NCBI GenBank assembly: GCA_965235115.1
Contig: OZ249445.1
Location: forward strand, 8,432,001 to 8,496,000
DNA: 64,000 bases
DNA from: Laetmonice hystrix
Lineage: Eukaryota
Direction of reading: 5' to 3'
Numbering within the stretch: position 1 is the stretch's first letter; each line of letters opens with the position of its first letter. The translations under genes and the position numbers were made by a program. Shown in pieces: positions 61,761 through 64,000 of this stretch. Under the pieces are notes generated by a model. It searched no databases. It was not told the origin of the DNA and worked only from the letters and a program-made list of their open reading frames with translations.

Positions 61761-64000
61761 GATATGAGGCGAGGAGTTAGCGCGCCGACCGTCTTGTATG
61801 GGATCGTGACGGTTCACTCCCCACAGGTCGGACCTGGGTGTCATTCCGAGAATATCAGTATAGGTAATATAGAGGACCAGGTGTTCATTACCAGACAGGC
61901 AAGGTTGTGCCTGGTGCACGCGCCGGCTCGCTTATCATTTACAGCTTGGCAATTATTCAATAAGTAATTTGTACCGTACAGGATTACCGTCATAATAATG
62001 TTGCTACAACACCAGTGGAACATTAGTTGCCACAAAACGTCAGCCCACACAAATGTCTGAAAGGGGCGGCTCTGCCGGAGAAGGGGTTTCTGCCCCGGTT
62101 ATTTTTTAAAACTTTGTAGTCGTGGGACTGCAGAAGTAAAAATGGGGGAGAAAAAACATTTATTTTACTGTATATAGGCCACTTTAGTGGGCAGTGGGAC
62201 CAAGATGCTGACCCGTGACCTCAGGGCCTGCAGGGATCGATTCCCCCTCGAGCCAGATGTGAGTATAGGCTTGCTATTTAAACCCCTAATCACAATCCAA
62301 GATGTTACTGGTATTTCCAGCAAAACGGGCTGTTTTCCTTTTCGTTCGCCCCCTTTTTCTGTGACTCCAATTTCATTCGATACTTCTGGATAGTTCCATG
62401 TACATGTAGTGAAGACAATGGAACTGCTCGGTCATTTGCCCTTAATTTACAGCTATTTTATCGGACTACGTGCACGACCGGCTGCTGAGCGTGACAAAGT
62501 GGCGTACTGATATTGGACTCGTGAACATCCAATGCACTCAATACCCGAGTGTCGTTCCTCAGATTGGGTCCGCCATGGAAATTGACAATTGGTTTGGAAT
62601 AAACACATGATCGCGTGCAGGCCCCACGGAGGCGAGTCTCGGACACAACACCGGCACGGTAAAGATTGGGTTGCCTAAAATCTACGGTAATTATTATAAA
62701 CTGACTACTGTTGAAATGGGTTCCTCCACCCGTAATCACCTAACATTCCTGGAGTTGGTCTTCGGAGGTTTTGTTGCAACAAGTAATCAGTGCAGACCAG
62801 AGGTTCAAATGTACCGACCAATAAATATATATGGAATACATGTTGCGGAGTTGAATCACTCATGCAGGCGACTTCAGAATTAAGACTGATCACTGCTGCA
62901 TCTAAACATCGGTAGGCCTAATTATAACAATGCCGCATCCATCTTGCTCAGTAATTCTATAATGCGACAGAACCGCTTGTGATGCTGTCACACATTCATA
63001 AACATATGGCAAACCCATAACTTACTTGGACCATGCACTTTCTCCAACATTACCCACTTGGACCCAATTTCTCCAACATTATCCACTTGGACCTACTTTC
63101 CCAAACGTTACCCACTTGGACCTACTATCTCCAACAACATGCATGGTAGAAAGACGATGAATAATTGGTGATGATAGGCCCCCTATCTGTAACAGACAGG
63201 GAGGCTTCAGAAAGCCTTTGTTATAGCAGATAGAACAGTTTCTTGGCATGCTACATGTACCAGGTAATAATACCAGGTCGGGATTCCATGGGAGTTATAC
63301 GGTACAAAAGTTTCATCAATAGATCAGTCGTTCAGAAATTATTACCGATTACAAAAATGGATTTTCACAAAACATGTGGTTCAAATACTTTCGTTGAAAC
63401 CAGTACAGATGAGGAGTTCGATTGGAGATACTCCATTCAGTGTGGCAAGAAAGCATAGCTCAATGTCTGTGACATATGACGGTAGGCTTCTATTCAGTGT
63501 TAATGGTCTAGAACATTTCCAATTTTAGGGACTCAATAAATTGAGTGACACTAAATGCTTGAGATGTGCTGGTAAATGCCTGGTCTACATCTGTATATGG
63601 GTACATTCTTGTTAGAATCTACTGTTTAAAATTCGTCGACAACAGCACTAATCGTTTATCAGCGTTACAGTTCTGTCAATGACATGGTAAAATTCCGTGA
63701 ACCAATTTCTGTGCAGGTGATACATAAACATACAAGAACCCTGCGGATAATCTGCCTTGATCGATACGATAATACAAGGGACCAACGACTGGCGATTGGC
63801 ATTATTACATGGAGTACTCGCAGTTTGTCACACCACCTTATATTAGCCAATAACACAGGTTGAGGGTATTGATTTCAAACCATGTTCGGGACTGAAACAA
63901 CAGCTGTTCATCTCCGCGTAGATCCCCGCGCACCCTCCATACTGCACGCATTCACTTTAACGTTCACTCTGGGTCCTGTTGGTGACACTTGACATCATAG

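Noticed and set aside
62190-62260. tRNA/SINE-like stretch with a B-box-like GGATCGATTCCC (similar weak cases at ~9400 and ~30330-30415)
   Set aside because: No cloverleaf, clear A box or TSD; too degraded to call.
62458-63856. Candidate upstream exons of the class C GPCR
   Set aside because: The expected IPQISY/ST..LSD segment was not found in the frames I read; earlier exons probably lie beyond the window.

Overview
Eukaryotic (invertebrate metazoan) genomic DNA with GT-AG spliced genes, not prokaryotic; species cannot be assigned from sequence alone. Main content: (1) a cluster of paralogous, unnamed type I membrane proteins built as signal peptide + ~170-aa beta-rich globular head + one short uninterrupted collagen helix (27-31 Gly-X-Y) + TM helix + cytoplasmic tail. 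Three complete genes could be spliced by hand (15535-19878 +, 28128-32323 +, 40122-42796 -), and the terminal exon of a probable fourth lies at 5616-6220 +. (2) An intronless 615-aa basic low-complexity orphan ORF (34207-36054 -) with a TATA box and six perfect CRE palindromes upstream. (3) A 12-exon M1AP (meiosis 1 associated protein) orthologue (48957-54616 -). (4) The 3' part of a metabotropic glutamate receptor-like class C GPCR (57343-61339 -). (5) One tRNA-Arg(UCG), a tRNA-derived SINE with a 13-bp TSD, a MITE family with 5-bp TSDs, several minisatellites, hairpins and local duplications. All gene models were built by manual translation and splice-phase checking; family assignments come from recalled motifs, and no database search was run.
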